Below, piece by piece: positions 1 through 13,887 of a DNA stretch of 64,000 nt (positions within the stretch are counted from its first letter, which is position 1; every line of letters starts with the position of its first letter). The DNA is from Camelus ferus (lineage: Eukaryota). A model generated the notes under the pieces. It saw nothing but the letters and a program-made list of their open reading frames with translations. It did not search any database and had not been told where the DNA came from. Position numbers and translations under genes: made by a program. The stretch spans positions 29,452,001 to 29,516,000 of the forward strand of contig NC_045697.1 in assembly GCF_009834535.1 (NCBI RefSeq). The letters are read 5' to 3'.

Positions 1-46
1 CCTCCTCTGCCATCTCCACCCACCCCAGAGAGCGCACAGCAAAACA
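1..46 (-). CDS. APBB2: APBB2 exon, start of PTB1/PID1 domain (CFAVRSLGWVEMAEE...), truncated by window edge
   Basis: Minus strand: actaac...ggcttttctcctag|TGT TTT GCT GTG CGC TCT CTG GGG TGG GTG GAG ATG GCA GAG GAG G. AG at 48-47; phase 0 matches the donor at 30766. Confidence 0.96.
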
Positions 47-1644
47 CTAGGAGAAAAGCCAGAGAACAGGAGGTTAGTCTTGGCCACCGGTCAACTTACA
101 CTAAAACCCTCTACAAAGTGTGCTGACTGTGCCCTCAATTACTACAAAATGTCCAATCATCTAATTTAGTAATTAGCCCTCGATTGTTGGAAAATGAAAT
201 TGTGGCTATTTTTTGCTATTAAAAACGTGCTTTCATGAGAATTGGTCTCGGAGCTTGTCATTAGCACCAAATCCTGAAAAGCCTGCAGAGTGGACCAACC
301 TGTGAGATACCTTAGCACACATGTTCCATTCATTCTTTTGTCATTTAGAGATACTGAGTTGAGATCATGCTCCTTATCCTCCTTTTAAAAGTTCAAGTAT
401 TCATTTTTTTTAAAAAAATTAAGTATCATATGCGTATTGTAACAAGTGAAAAAATCCAAAATTGTACAAAGAAATTCATGGGACATGAGAGGGCGATCTG
501 GCAACCACATCTGCCTAGCTGTTAATCTCCAGGGCTGCCAGGTGCCTGGAAGTGGGGTCTCTCATCGCAACCTGTGGTCCGGGGCCTCCCCAAGGCTGCA
601 CATCAATTGAAGAGATCACCTTCCCCAGGACAGGAGAGGCAGACAAGGTGCCACACTTCTGTGGAGCCAGGAGGCTGGGTCTCAAATAGCATCTTCTAAA
701 GTTTCCACAAGTGAACTTCATAAAAAGTGAAGAAATGCAGCAAACGGTCCCAAAGTGACCACATTCAACCTAATTCAACCTTCCACATCTCAGCCCCCAC
801 ACCCAGACTAGGTGCCTCCTTCCTGAATTGCTAATCACACCTTCTGGGGGGGGGAACTACCAAAATACCAAAGACAACCTAGTTATGCTAACAGAACGTG
901 GATCCTCCCATCCTGGGGGGAACAACAGAACCTCGGTAACTGCCTGGAGCGGAGCAGCTCCCGTGCGCCGATGGGCACATGATGCCCTTTACAAATAAGC
1001 CATGAAGAGAGGGTCATCCCTGCAGCAACTGCAGAAGCTAGGCAGGACCCTGCATCCCGGGGAAAGGTCCTGGGAGACACCCTCACATTTCAACTGCGCG
1101 TGTGCATCTGCTGCAGAGAAGCTGCTCAAAGGGAAGAGGATGTCCACAGGTACAACGGCTGCCCCCTCTGCAGTTCTGCTCCCTTAGCCCTGTGACCAAA
1201 CTGCTCCTCCGGGGGGACATGTCAGAAATGCCACCGGTGCACAGCACAGCACAACCGCACAGGCCTCCGCCCAGAAGCACTCATTTTCTGCTCCCTCCAG
1301 GGGGCACCGTGCAGCTAAGGAATCTCCCTTCCTTGCTGGTTCCCAGCATAGTCCCTAGTGGGTAAAATCACCATGCCACAACCTACCTTGACCTGCAATT
1401 TTGATCGTGTTACCCATCTTATAATGGGAAAATTCAACTTTTCCACCTTCACCAAATATGTGGAGGTTTTCCTCCATACCAGCAAACTCCCTTTATTTGA
1501 GAACATTTATTCTATCCTGACCCCGCTGGAAAGCAGAAAATAATCACAGCACATCTGTACCATCTGATACAGACAAGAAGGCATTGTTCAAATGTCCAAA
1601 GGCATGAATTCATTTACTTCTCACCTCAATCCTAAGAGCTCAAT

Positions 1645-1760
1645 ACTAAGTTACTGTACCCATTTTATAGATAACGAAAGTGAGTGAAGCACAGGGTTGA
1701 TAAGAGGTGGACCCAGGATTCAAACCCAAGCAGTCTGACCTCTGGGTCTGACCTCTCTTA
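1645..1760. mobile_element. MIR SINE fragment
   Basis: cccattttatagat...gcacagggt...ggattcaaacccaagcagtctgac, typical MIR core. Confidence 0.7.
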
Positions 1761-1879
1761 ACGACCCTACCATACGTCTGTGACCTCCTTGGGGGGACAG
1801 CATCCGATGGGGCCAGGCTCAAGAACACAGCCAGTGATGTCAATACAGTTTGAGTGTATGCAGCCCAAGAGCAGGGACA

Positions 1880-2075
1880 GCCTAAATTAAAGTCTTAGCC
1901 CTGACTTACAGGTACTGTGATCTTGGCCAAGTAACTAACAAAGTCTTAATTTTTTTTTTAATTTGCAAAAATGGAAATAACAGTTAACAGTTACCTCAGA
2001 GGGTTCTCATGAGGATAAAACAATATAACACAAGTAGAGAACCTAGCACCTAGAAAACACTCAATGAACATTTGC
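1880..2075. mobile_element. MIR SINE fragment
   Basis: ctgtgatcttggccaagtaact...aatggaaataacag...acctcagagggtt...gaggataaaa. Confidence 0.65.
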
Positions 2076-3224
2076 CACGTGAAAGAGCCAACAAATACGG
2101 TGCCATGTACATCTTAACTGGAGTCGTCAAAGTGGGGAATGAAAGGAGATTTGTCATTAGCGTGACCCCGTGTTCCAATTGTCCATTGGATGGTTCTGGT
2201 TTATGTTTGCTGTTCTGGCAAAAGTATTAAAAGCAGCTCCTTTTACTCTCAAAAGTGTCCTCATTTGCATAATAATTTCTGGCATGGAAACCAAGGCTTG
2301 GATGGGATACTGAGAAATGCCCAAGTGGAAACCAGGTGGAACCAGGTGGGTTCAGGATCAGCAGAAGCTGCTGTCAGTATGGCACCCTGGTGACCCTGCG
2401 GGGTGGGTGAGCCCAAAGACACCAGTATTACTGTGGGGTGGTCCTACGCCCTAAAACTAGAAGCCAGGGACACATCCCCCCACTTTCTCTAACTGCCTAC
2501 CACAGAACCCTACAGCCTGTAAATACTAAATGAATTTATTAACAATAAGGAAGGTGAAAAAGAATACTGGTTGCTTTTTGTCCCTTGAGTCCAAGAGCAC
2601 CTGGGTTTCAATCTAAACAAGCTCAGTAAAATCAATGGTATTTCTGTCGGCGGAGAAATGCCAATGGCTAACTCCACGACAGCACATTAAGTGTACTGTT
2701 TCCTCATGCTGATAAAAAGGAAACAAGAGCCCTCCCGATATAATGAATTTATGCAAATTTCCGTATGTAATTCTACTGTTGTAATTTAGTTTCTGATCTG
2801 AAAAGCTTCACCACCAGTCCCTGTGGCCAAAGAAAGAGGAAACAGGTGTATGAAGGCGGTAGGGGAGGTGGGGGGAGAATCGAGCTTGACCAAGAGTGAG
2901 ATCCATTTTCTGTCAAAGAACCAAGTGGCATAGAGTAACCTGTGCTATTTGGTGCTGCCCCCGTGCAGCCAGGAAGGTTTATGACCACCATTACTTTTCC
3001 TTAAATTGGGGAAATAACACCAAGCAGAATAGCTCTGGGAATGAACACTCACGCCAGAGAATGGGAGGAACTCAAAGTATTCAATGAAAATATGTAATCA
3101 AATATTCAATCAATCTGCCTTTTAAAATATTTTTTTCAAGTTTTGAAAAAAAAAAAGTCAACATTTACACTTTGATGCTTATTCTTCAACAGCTCTTTTC
3201 CGAAAGTGCAAAAATGAGTAACAA

Positions 3225-3465
3225 ATGGTTCAGGGTACGGACTGTGCATCAGATGGATTTCAGTTCAAATCACGAGTTCGCTACCTACTAGCTTATGACT
3301 TTGGGGAAGTCACTTCAGGTCTCTAAGGGTCCGTTTCTTCATCTGTAAAATGGGAATAATGTTCTTACCCTGCACTTCACAGCACTGTCATTGGGACTGA
3401 GATGACGCAGGTTAAAATGTTTAGCATAGCGCCTGGCAAATAATAACTCAATAAACATTTATTAT
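3225..3465. mobile_element. MIR SINE
   Basis: gttcaaatc...tgactttggggaagtcactt...tttcttcatctgtaaaatgggaataat. Confidence 0.75.
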
Positions 3466-3544
3466 GCTATTTTGATAAATTTTAACTTTTTTCTATGTGT
3501 GGATTTTAAAGATTCCTCCAGTTTAATGGATCTCAGACAAAGCT

Positions 3545-3710
3545 AAAACACCCAGAGAGCTTTGTTAAAACACAGAAAACTGGACACCATTCCCATAGTT
3601 TCTGATTCAGCAGGTCTGGGCAGGGCCTCCAAATCTGCATGCCTAACAGTCTCCCAGGTGATGCTGAAATTGCAGGCCCGGGGACCACACCTTGGGGACC
3701 ACTGCTGTAG
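3545..3710. mobile_element. MER5A-like hAT-Charlie DNA transposon remnant
   Basis: agctttgttaaaacacaga...tctgattcagcaggtctggg...tctgcat..ctaaca..ctcccaggtgatgctga. Confidence 0.7.
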
Positions 3711-3769
3711 ACAGAATGACCCCTTCCTTACTCAAAGTCATGCTACTCCTACGATCGGTCCTGAAAGGA

Positions 3770-3925
3770 AAATCTGGGTTCAGATCCCAGGACTGCCACT
3801 TACTATTTGTGATCCAGGGCAAGTTAGTTAACTTCTCTGTACCTCAGTTTCCTCATCTGTAAAATATGGACATTAAAAATATCTGCCTCACAACAGTCTG
3901 TCATGTGCTGTGAGGATTAACCGGG
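3770..3925. mobile_element. MIR SINE
   Basis: ctgggttcagatcccag...gggcaagttagttaacttctctgtacctcagtttcctcatctgtaaaat. Confidence 0.8.
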
Positions 3926-4189
3926 CAGAGTTTGCCACCACGAGTTACCACGGGCATTTAGGTGCCCAGACACGGCCAGTGCTCTGTGTAACCACTGAGG
4001 GATGAGGACAAAAAGGAAATGACACCAGAATTTATGGCAACACTAAACTATAGATATTAAGAAACTAAGAAAGGTCACAGAGAAAAGCTACAATCCAGTC
4101 TAGCACTATAAATGTAACCCTGCTGAACATGCATTTATAGACTTGCTTACCATTCAAGCCTACTTACCCTACAGCACAATAACACCTGT

Positions 4190-4500
4190 GTATTCATGTC
4201 AACAAACATTTATTGAGCACCTATTCGTTCCTGGAGACAGAAATGAGCCTGACACGGAGAAGACACAAAGCGGGAATCTATGACACAGAGGCACACAGAT
4301 GTGCTAGTGGCTCCAGGAAGGAGCAGTCTTTTCACTCGGAGAAAGGGAGCTATGGACAGCTTCCTGAAGGGTGTGGCACTGAGCCGAGCCTTGGAGGATG
4401 GGTGGGTTCATTCATTTAACAAAGATTTACCGACACCTGCTATATGCTAGGTTCTGGAGGCACAGCAATGAACCAGACAGTCCAAACGCTCAGCTCTGAG
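4190..4500. mobile_element. L2 3'-end fragments
   Basis: caacaaacatttattgagcacctat and ttcattcatttaacaaagattta..gacacctgctatatgctagg, typical L2 tail. Confidence 0.6.
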
Positions 4501-5821
4501 TAGTATTTCAAAAAGCTGGAAGGGCGTATTCATTTGTCTGTGACACCAGAGGTCACACAGCTCCACTGACATGAACCACGAGTGAGGCACAGTGGGATGT
4601 GGGCGGGGGAGCACGAGCACACTGATTCAGGGCCCAGGTTTTCAAGTCACTGACCTGGAGGACAGTCAGGAAAAGGTGGTTACTATTTTCGCAAGGTCTC
4701 TGATCTCTGTCATAAGTGTCAGGATTGGGGAACACCACCAACAGTCAGCCAGTCAATCCTGTTTTGTTTCTCCAGCTAATGATCAAACATCGTGGGTGGT
4801 TGGGGGTGAGGAGAGGCCCTGGGGCCTGGTGAGGACGGATGCTCTGTCTTCAGGCTGCGTCCTTCTTATCAGCCCACCTAAGAGTCCACGGACCTTGGAG
4901 ATCCATGGATAGGCTTCAGGAGGTTCTAAATATCCTGAAAATATATCCAAAATTATGCATGTATTTGCATAGTATGGAAAGAGGATCCAAAGCTTTCCAA
5001 AGGCTCTGGGAATATAAAATACTTTAAAAGAATCCTCAGGAGTTTGGATACGGGAGTACTCACTCATCAAGACATCAATTAAGGGGAAAAGCTGACTAGC
5101 TGATACCACAGTTCTTTTCTGAGCAGTGGATGGGGAAGGTGGTTAAACGGCTCTCCATAAGAACTGATAGGGAGTTCAGGGGCGAGCAGAAGCAGCGAAA
5201 GGAAAACAGGGGGCAGGAGAAAGGGCCGCACAGCCTCTGGGGAAGCACAACCTCTGAAGTGGCAGGCAGACCTGAACAGCTGAGAAAGACGAGGGAAATT
5301 CAACAGCCAGTTTTGAAAACCAGTATCTGTTTTTGATGCAATGCGAGTCCCTCAACGTGACCCTCGATGCTCTGTAACGGCAGGAGTCCATTACAATGGG
5401 ACAGCTGAAGTCATCAGCAGTGAAAAGAGGAAGGTACACTCCTCCCTGGGGAGGCACTTGGCAGCGAGCGGAGAAGTACTGGCCAAGGCCTCAGAATGGG
5501 GAAAAGGGAGTCGACACAAGGCAAACGTAAGCCCAGGGAGCGGGCAGAACTTTGGGGAAGAGCAGGGACTTCCAGGGGATGTGAGGCTGGGATTCAAGCC
5601 CGTCTCACCTGGATTCTGAGAGCATGGTGATCCTGCTGCGGCCTGCACTACGCAGAGCTGCTCTGCGAAGACTTTTTATCTCTTGCTTTTGGGGTCAGGT
5701 GGGAAAAAAAGACACATAATCTTGCTGTATGTGACTCTGAGGAAGGACCTTTTGAATAATTGCACAGCCCACATGTGAGCATGAGAGCATGTTTTTAAAT
5801 TTCATCCTGGTGGCCAGAGGC

Positions 5822-5950
5822 AGGGAGGGTACAGCGCAAGTGGCAGAGCACATGCTTGGCATGCATGAGGTCCTGGGCTCAGTCCCCAGGACCTACTTTA
5901 AATACATAATTAAATACATGAACCTAATTATCTCTCTCCTCCCCCGCAAA
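5822..5950 (+). mobile_element. tRNA-derived SINE (camelid Vic-1-like)
   Basis: gggagggtacagcgcaagtggcagagcacatgcttggcatgcatgaggtcctgggctcagtcccc head, AT-rich linker, C-run and A tail; degenerate TSD aaatttcatcctggtggccaga / aaattcatactggttgtcaga. Confidence 0.85.
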
Positions 5951-8137
5951 AAATTCATACTGGTTGTCAGAATAATGTAACCATTTAGGGTATGTACATC
6001 ACATGTGATAGCCTACATCCTGGGACATCATCCTAAGAATTTGGAACAGCCCTCTGCCCTCCTGTTTCCCAGGTACTGCAAGCATCAGACGCAGCATGGA
6101 CCCGATTTCTGCCCACAGCCCAATTGTCTGACCATCCAGACTTTGCCAAGAAATAAGGCAGCCAGTAAACAAAGGGCTGTGACCTCAAATGACTTTCGGA
6201 GTCTGTTCTAAAAATGCATAGGTTTTTCAAGGTTCAAAATATCTTCCTTGGACATGGCTTCCGTAATAGGGAAGTCTTTAGCAAATCAGAGTCTGTGATC
6301 ATTACACATAGATCGTTGTTGTTATGGACACAGTTTGAAATAAAATTAGGTTTTGTTTGCTATTGCTTTTCTCTGAAACACAGAGATGCTTTCCAAATCC
6401 AGCATCTTAGTGGGCTCTCCCGGAGAGGTACCTGGGGACTCTGGAGTGGAGCGTGACCCAGTTCTCCATCCTCCATCTGGCTGAAGCAAGGAATCAGCCT
6501 GATTAATTATTCAGCACAGCAATGACCTCGGCAGCCAGGGAGGACCCAGACGGTATTCTACGCTGACCCCAGTGAGCAGTTTAGCTGTTCCTGATGTTTC
6601 TCCCCAGACTGTCTGCAACGTGGTGAGCATTTGGGCAGAAAACAAGACACCTGGCCCTTTGGGGTGCTGGACCCGCTCATGCCATTTACTTTACTCTCCC
6701 TCTGCCCTATTTTTCAGAACAAGATCACCCTACTGGAAAAACATATCCTATGCTAACAGCCTATGCTGACAGCTTCTGCTACAAAGAGGACAGTAAAATA
6801 ACGTCCATGCAGTGCTTCTGGCGTGCCAGGCACCAAGGGCTGATCTATAATTGAAATATCATCTACAACATCCACCTCCTTGCCTGCCTGCTTGGCCCAC
6901 TGCTGGCTGGTCGGTTCATGGAGCGTGGTTCCCAGCCAGGGTCACCTCTGTCTCTAGTAAATGACAGGCTCCGTCCCTATTAAACACTCTGGAAACCTGC
7001 AAAAGTCCGAAGGCAGGAACACCAGCCACATTCCCTGCATTTGGGAACCTCTCAGAGCATACACTAAGTTATCAAACATAAGAAGGGAAAAGATGAAGGC
7101 AGCTAAGAAGTAGCGCCTTCGGTCCTCGCTCACGCACAACGTGGAGCCAAGCAGGCTTCTGGGACTGAAAGCTTCAGGGACTTTAAATCTTTAAATGAAA
7201 ACGTAAAGATTCTCCCGAAGTCTGCGTCTTGACTTCCCCCACTCTGTGCCAGGCCCCAAGTCAGCCCCTGCCCGCGATGACTACTCCACAGTTGTTCCCT
7301 CTGCTTTATGAAAAGTGCTTGCTGACTCACCGCTCCACCACATCAAGAAAAGCCATCATTTCGAGATTTACAGGAACTGAGGTTTGATGTGCTGCGAAGC
7401 ACACACAGGGGCGGACTGAGCTCTGATTCCACACGGACTTTAAATATTTCACTGTCGCCGGGGTGTCTTTGCTTCCTTACTCTTATTCAGAGGAAGCAAA
7501 AATCCCCTCATTGCTCCTCACTGAGTGAGCTCTTTGGTAGATGAGCCAGTCCACCTGGGCAGAGCAGTGGGGCTGCAGCCTGGGCTCAGCCTGTCCCTCA
7601 AGTTGGGGGTGGTACATACACTGCATTAGATTTTGATTTCCAAGATACACATTTGAGCAGCACTGAAATCATGACACCAACACAACTTGCTTTTAATTTA
7701 AGATGTGATTTTTGCACAGCAATGAAATCCTGACATCCATATGCCTAAGTATTTATTATTATCTTAAAAGCAATATTCTCACCAGGGCTTCAGTGAGGGG
7801 ATTTCAGGCCGAGAATGAGGGGAGAGGGAATTTCCATTTATTGCGCTCCTATGCCAGAGGCTCTTTATTAGCTATCTAACTCCATTTAAATTTTCCCAAT
7901 CAAGTGAGCGAGGCATTCCACCCATTTTTGAGAAGAGGAAGCTGATTCCTAAAGGAAGCCTGTCAAGTTTAAGGTTTCGTAAAACTTTCTGGCAAATCCG
8001 ACGCTGGGACAGTGAGGTCGTCATACTTAATCCTAACACTGTGAACATGGTGGTGAGGAGGGGTTGGGGCGGGGGAGACTGAGGTGGCGGACAGGAGTGT
8101 CACACACAGCTTTGCTACGAGTGTGTGTGTGTGTTAC

Positions 8138-9015
8138 ATACTGAGTGGGAAAAATCCACGTCTCCTTGACTACTCACACAGAACTTCACTTCTGACACCT
8201 CTAGTCACTAAATTGAGGGGAGGTCCCCACACCAAGCAACTCCCTGCAACACCAGCTGGGTGTGCTAGAATTTAACTCAAATTCTGACACTATCTACTTG
8301 GAGAGAGAGTCCAGTCTTTCAGGTTAAGGACTGAGACCCACAAGGCTGCTTGCCCACCCCACCCTCACTTTAGATGCCAGTTGCAAGTCCAGGCTGTGAT
8401 CTGCACTTCTGACCAGCCAGCTATAAACAGGAGGCTCCCATGACCCCTCCTCAGGTTTGATTAATTTGCTGGAGTGGGTCACAAAACTCAGGGAAAGTTC
8501 ACTCACTAGATTACCGGTTTATTATAAAAGGATATAACTCAGGAACATCCAGACAGAAGAGGACACGGGATGTGGGAAAGGGTGTGGAGCTTCCAAGCTC
8601 CCTCCGAGCGTGCCACCCTCCCAGCACCTCCAAGTGTTCACCAGCTTGGAAACTCTCTGAGCCCCGTACTTTAGTGGTTTCTATGGAGGCTTCATCACGT
8701 AGGCATGATCGACCATTAACTCCATTTTCAGCTCCTCTCCCCTCTCTGGGGAATGAGGGCAGGCTGAAAATTCCAAGCTTCTAATCATGGCTTGATTTTT
8801 TCTAGTGACCAGTTCCCATCCAGGAGCCACCACAAGTCATCCCTTAGGACAAAAGACACTGCTATCATCCAGGAAATTCCAAAGGATTTAGGAACTCTGT
8901 GTCAGGAATGGGGGCCAAAGACCAATCATCAGAACAAAAGATGCTCCTAGTGCTCTTACCACTCAGGAAATTACATGGGTTTTAGGAGCGCTGTGCCAGG
9001 AACGAGGGGCAGAGA
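8138..9015 (-). mobile_element. MER21-like solo LTR
   Basis: acaccagctgggtgtgctagaatttaactcaaattctgacactatctac...ggtttattataaaaggatataactcagg...caggaaattccaaagg..ttaggaactctgtgtcaggaa resembles MER21B/C. Confidence 0.75.
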
Positions 9016-9189
9016 CCTGTGTGCGTGCACACGCATGTGTATGTATGTATGTGTGTGTGTATATATATACATATATATGCCAGATACTTTGTCTTACATA
9101 TTTAATCAACTTAATTCACATGGCAACATATGAGATAGATATTATTATTATTCCTATTCTACTGATGAAGAAACTGAGGCACAGGGTGG

Positions 9190-9572
9190 TTGCTATGGAC
9201 TGAACTGTGTCCTCTCAGAATTCATATATTGAAGCGCTCACCCCCAGTGTGACTGCATTTTGGACAGAGTGCCTTTAAAGAGGTAATTAAGGTTAAAAGA
9301 GGTCATAAAGTGGGCCTAATCCAGGAGGACCGTGTCCTTATAAAAAGAGGAAGAGATGCCAGGAATGTGAGCACACAGAGAAGAGGTCAAATGAGGGCAC
9401 CGTGAGAAGGTGGCACCTGCAAGCCAAGGAGAAGAGGCTTTGGGAGAAACCACACCTGCTGCCACCGTGATGTTGGATGTCTAGCCTTCAGAGCTGGGAG
9501 AAAATAAACTCCTGTTGTTCAAGCCACCCAGTCTGTGTGGTATTTTGTGGTGGGAGCCCGAGCAGATTAACA
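9190..9572 (+). mobile_element. MLT1 (MaLR, MLT1B-like) solo LTR nested in a MIR
   Basis: tgctatggactgaactgtgtcc...aataaactcctgttgttcaagccaccc...gtggtattttgt...aaca. MIR halves flank it (gaaactgaggcacag before; ggtaaccagcta...tcaaacccaag after). Confidence 0.85.
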
Positions 9573-9733
9573 CTATTAATAGATTAACGCAGTGGTGTAT
9601 AAACTTAAGGTAACCAGCTAGCATACGACAGAGTTGGCACTCAAACCCAAGTTTACGTGCTAACAAATTCCTGTCACCACGCCACGCTGCCTCCTAGGAG
9701 CGGCCACAGTGCAGGTTCTTCTAAGGCTGGGCT

Positions 9734-9880
9734 CGGGGTGTGGCTCACCCACACCTGGACCTCAGAGAGGGTCTGTCTGCACGCACGTGTGTGCACGCCC
9801 TCCCCACGGGGTGTGGCTCACCCACACCCGGACCTCAGAGAGGGCCCACCTGCACGCACATGTGTGCACGCCCTCACCAC
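9734..9880. repeat. Two-copy 73-bp tandem duplication
   Basis: cggggtgtggctcacccacacc... starts at 9734 and again at 9807; about 7 mismatches between copies. Confidence 0.92.
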
Positions 9881-10140
9881 AGTCCTGAGTGCTCAACTGC
9901 CACACCAGGCTGACGCCACATCAGGAGGCCTGGTCCAGCTCTAAAGAAGCCCCAGAGAATTCAAGGGCAGGAACACACTGAGAAGGAAATATCTGCTGAA
10001 CATGAAATGAGTACTCCAAAGCCCCCCTCAGGTCTAGACTTACTGCTTCAGGCTGGCCCTGAGACCTCTCAGGTCTACCCAGAGCTCCCACCATGAGGCA
10101 CTAATTAGCCCCGAGGTCGTCCGGATGCTCTTGTGCACAC

Positions 10141-10159
10141 TGTCCACCAGGGGGCACTA
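10141..10159 (+). promoter_or_regulatory. CTCF motif candidate
   Basis: TGTCCACCAGGGGGCACTA closely matches the CTCF consensus TGGCCACCAGGGGGCGCTA; occupancy unknown. Confidence 0.55.
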
Positions 10160-11559
10160 TCACCCTTCTCCCTTCCTCCCTCCCTCCCTTCTCCCTCCCA
10201 ACCCCCAACTCCTAGTAACAGATCCTTGGAGGTAAGGAGTCTCTGTGGAGGCAAAGGAAATAAAATGTAATCGGCTGCCTGGTACCTGTGTTCTCATCCG
10301 TCCAGGTCACAGCACCACCGTTCCCACCACGTTCTGGGGAGACCTGGGGCTGTGAGACTCAGGGACACCCTGTGGGAGGGGCCCAGGGGCAGCCCAGTGT
10401 GGGGCTGAGGCCTCTGGGGCTCCCGCTCTTTCTCTCATGTGAAAGGCTCTCTTCGGTTAAAGTAAGGCCGGTGTCCCGTGGCAATGCCCACAGTTACGGT
10501 TGCTCATCTACTACATGATGAGGGATTTACACACACTTAAAAAAAAATAAACACTAGCATGCCAATTGATTCATTTACAGAGACGAATGTAAGTCTGGCC
10601 AGATGCTCAGGTTGGCTAACAAGAGGATTTGTCCTCTGGAGGAGAGCCACTCCAGCTTTAACCACCAGCCCACTGCAGGCTGTGGAGCACAGAAGCGAGC
10701 CCGCGTCAACATCTTCACAGCAGAACCCTCGGAGATTCATCCATCGGGAGTGCGAGAGACAGGCCTCCGGGCTGTGATCTAACACACACACAGCTGACTG
10801 TATTAGTCACTTCCTGCCCAGGAACCAGGCTGGCATTATGAGGCCTATTTCTATCAATGGAAAAGTTGGGCAGAGGTGGGTTCAACCAAGAGACTTAGCC
10901 CAACGTTTCCACAGGTCACAGAGCAAATGAGACGTGCGCGTGTCTAAACATAACCTCGGAGGTACAGTGCATCAGGCATCTCCGCATCTAATCGTCATCC
11001 TCCTTCCAGCAGTGACCATTTCTCCAGTGCTGACTCTGTGCTGTATCATTTGCACACAGAATTAAGAGTCTGGACCTGCCGGGGAAGGCGGGGCGGCACT
11101 GACATTGACAGATCACTTTCCAAATGCTTCATGATTTAGAGCACGCGGCCCAACGTGTTCTCTCCGCCCGGCCAAGCCGGGGCTCCTTGTTTACTTTATG
11201 TGTGAGAACTGGAGGTCTGGAGCGCTGAGCTGAACCGCCCAAGGTCACAGTCGATACACAGCAGCGAGAACCTGATCCGAGGCTTGGTCTTCCAGGCGGA
11301 CCGTTGTCTTGCTTTTACAGAAGAGGGAACCAGCTCCATGAAGTGCAGCAAAGTGACATGGCTGTGCGTCACCTGGCTCCCTGGCTCGTCGTGATCCCAC
11401 TGTTCCATAAGTGGGGAAGCTCAATCCAAAGGAGGCACCTTGAGAACAGGCCTGTTCTGTGGACCTCTGAACGCCTACCTCCCGAAAGACAGTCTGGCAC
11501 ACGCTATGTGCCCAATAAGCACGTGTCAAATGAAGACACTCAAGCTGGTGGGGAGTTGG

Positions 11560-11715
11560 GGCAGGGTGTATATAGCTTAGTGGCAGAGCACATGCTTAGC
11601 ATGCATAAGGCCCTGGGTTCAATCCACAGTACCTCCTCCAAGAATAACTAAATAACCTAATTACCTCCCTCCACCAAAAGAAAGGAAGGAAGGAAGGAAG
11701 GAAGAAAGGAAGAAA
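11560..11715 (+). mobile_element. tRNA-derived SINE (Vic-1-like) with (GGAA)n tail
   Basis: tatagcttagtggcagagcacatgcttagcatgcataaggccctgggttcaatcc A/B-box head, then aacctaattacctccc and a (ggaa)n tail. Confidence 0.85.
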
Positions 11716-13887
11716 GAAATGGAGACAGACAGAGGTGCGGTGGCAAGAGAGGACCAGATCTGACCGGGAGTCCTGGACCACCACTCTCTGGCTGTACCCT
11801 CGGCAACATGACTGTCCTTAGTTTCTGCATCCTTGGAGGGAGAACTCCGCAGGTGCCGGTGAGGACTCAGGGGGTGCGTGCGCTGGCAGAGCCCGGCACA
11901 GACATTTCTGCTGCCGTAAAACGTATACAGCCTGGACTCTGAAGCCAAAGTACCCAGGTTTGAATCCCAGCTCCCTACTTAATGCCTGAGTGATGCAGCT
12001 TTCTAACCCGTAAAACGGAGACAATGGTAGGATGTATGTCCTCAGGAACGTCAGGGGCCATGAATGATATTGTCCATCTGATGTGCTTAGAATGGTATGA
12101 GATGAGTGTTCAGTGTTTTATGATGTTAGCTCTAAATTATCAACAATTCCTGATCTAGGCCATGCCTAGTGATATAAAAGTCATATAAAAACATCCATTT
12201 AGCCAGTAATGGGCGCTCAGGTCAAGTACCATGTGCCTCCAGGGGCCTCCAGTGTAAGACCAGAGGGCCAGTCCTTCTGGAGGGCTAAGCCCTGCCCAGC
12301 GTCCAGTCTAGTTCTTATCAGCTTATCAGGAGCCCCGTCCTCACTATGTCTTCACTAGCAGGTGGGGCCCTGACACAGCCCTGTATACGGGAGCCCACAT
12401 CCAAGGGTCCTGGGACACACAGACTGAGGAACATCCGGAGCCCCTTCCATGTCTGCAGTCCTTCCAGCTCAGCTTCCAGGTGGTTCCTGACTGACACTCT
12501 GGGCTCAAGAGTCCTGCCCTGGAGCTGAGCCCCAGCAGAGCCAGGCCTGTCTGGGTGCCCGTGGGGTCCAGATGACTTATTAGCATGCTGTCCCTCCAGA
12601 CCAACCCTGACTCTGAGCTAAAGATCACTGAGATGCTTGTGCTATGGGGGCCAGCTCATTAGATGGGATCCCCTGGACACTGAGCAGGCCTGCTGACCTT
12701 CAGTGAGCCTGATCTGGACGATTCCTGCACGCATCTAAGCAATGCCGGACAAGTACAGAACTCAGCATTTTGTTCAACTGTTCAAAAATTCAAAAGCTTC
12801 CATAAACAATGATTTCTTATATAGGGTGAAATGGTGGCTTTCTTCCAAAGGGACGGAGCAGAAGAGACACTTCTTAAACCTGATGCCTGACATGTCCAAC
12901 GAGGGCGTCTGTCAAAGCCCACTAGCCAAACACCCCATCATAGCCCCCCCCACCAGACAGCCCCAAATCGCTACCGCCTGAGAACCAGGAGAGCTCAGAG
13001 TCACCATGGAGCATCCCCAAGAGTCATGCTCTGACAGTAACCACAGAAACTTCTCCTGGTGGGACAGTGAACACGTTACACAGAAGGAACTTCTGCTGCT
13101 GGAGACAACTCGAATGCCAGCAAAAGCTTAGTCCGTGGCAGGAGACGTCTGCTTCCCGGCCCACACCCTCAGAGCCTGAGGAAGGGCCCACGCGCAGCCA
13201 GGCCAGGCAGCTAGGCCGGCAGGATCCCGCGTCTGCTCCTGCCGACAAGCAGCAGATGTCTCCACTGCTGGGAACAGCGATCCGTACCCCCTGGAAGTGT
13301 GAATGGTATTTTAGTTTTCCCCCACGGACGTCTTGGAAAAGACTGAGAGACAAGCTGTATGGTCCACATGGCTGATTCACACTGTAGACTGTATTTCTGC
13401 CATCGTAAAGTTGAGAAATGTTATTTGCGGAGTAAGCATAGAGTGAAACCATAATGGATACCCAAGTGCTGCACGGAAAGCTGGAGATTTCATCTCGCCG
13501 GGGAAAGCAAGGCGGCCACGTGGGCTCTAAGAGGAGACACTGATCCAAAGAAAGGAGCAGAGAGGGCCTGCGGTCAAGAGACAGGCTGCACCCTCCGGGC
13601 TGGGGGCTGGGGACCAGGGACCGGGGGACAGTTGGGGCTGGGACACTGGGCAGACCGGGAGGTTACAGATCCAATCTCGACTCCTAATGAGTCTAGTGGT
13701 GACATGGAAAACGCAAAACCTGAACAGAGTATCATTCTTAACACTTAGCCAAATACTCTACAGGCTGTACCTGAGGCAATTCAGAATCTGATCCTCTTCT
13801 AACATGTGCCCAGTAGATGACCTCACTAATAATGATGCTACTTGGGTCTTGAACAAATTCTTCCTTTGAGCAGCTCAAGTGCAAACA

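Noticed and set aside
13024..13548. 174-aa minus-strand ORF
   Set aside because: TTG start, no domain and no fit to the APBB2 exon chain; consistent with chance.
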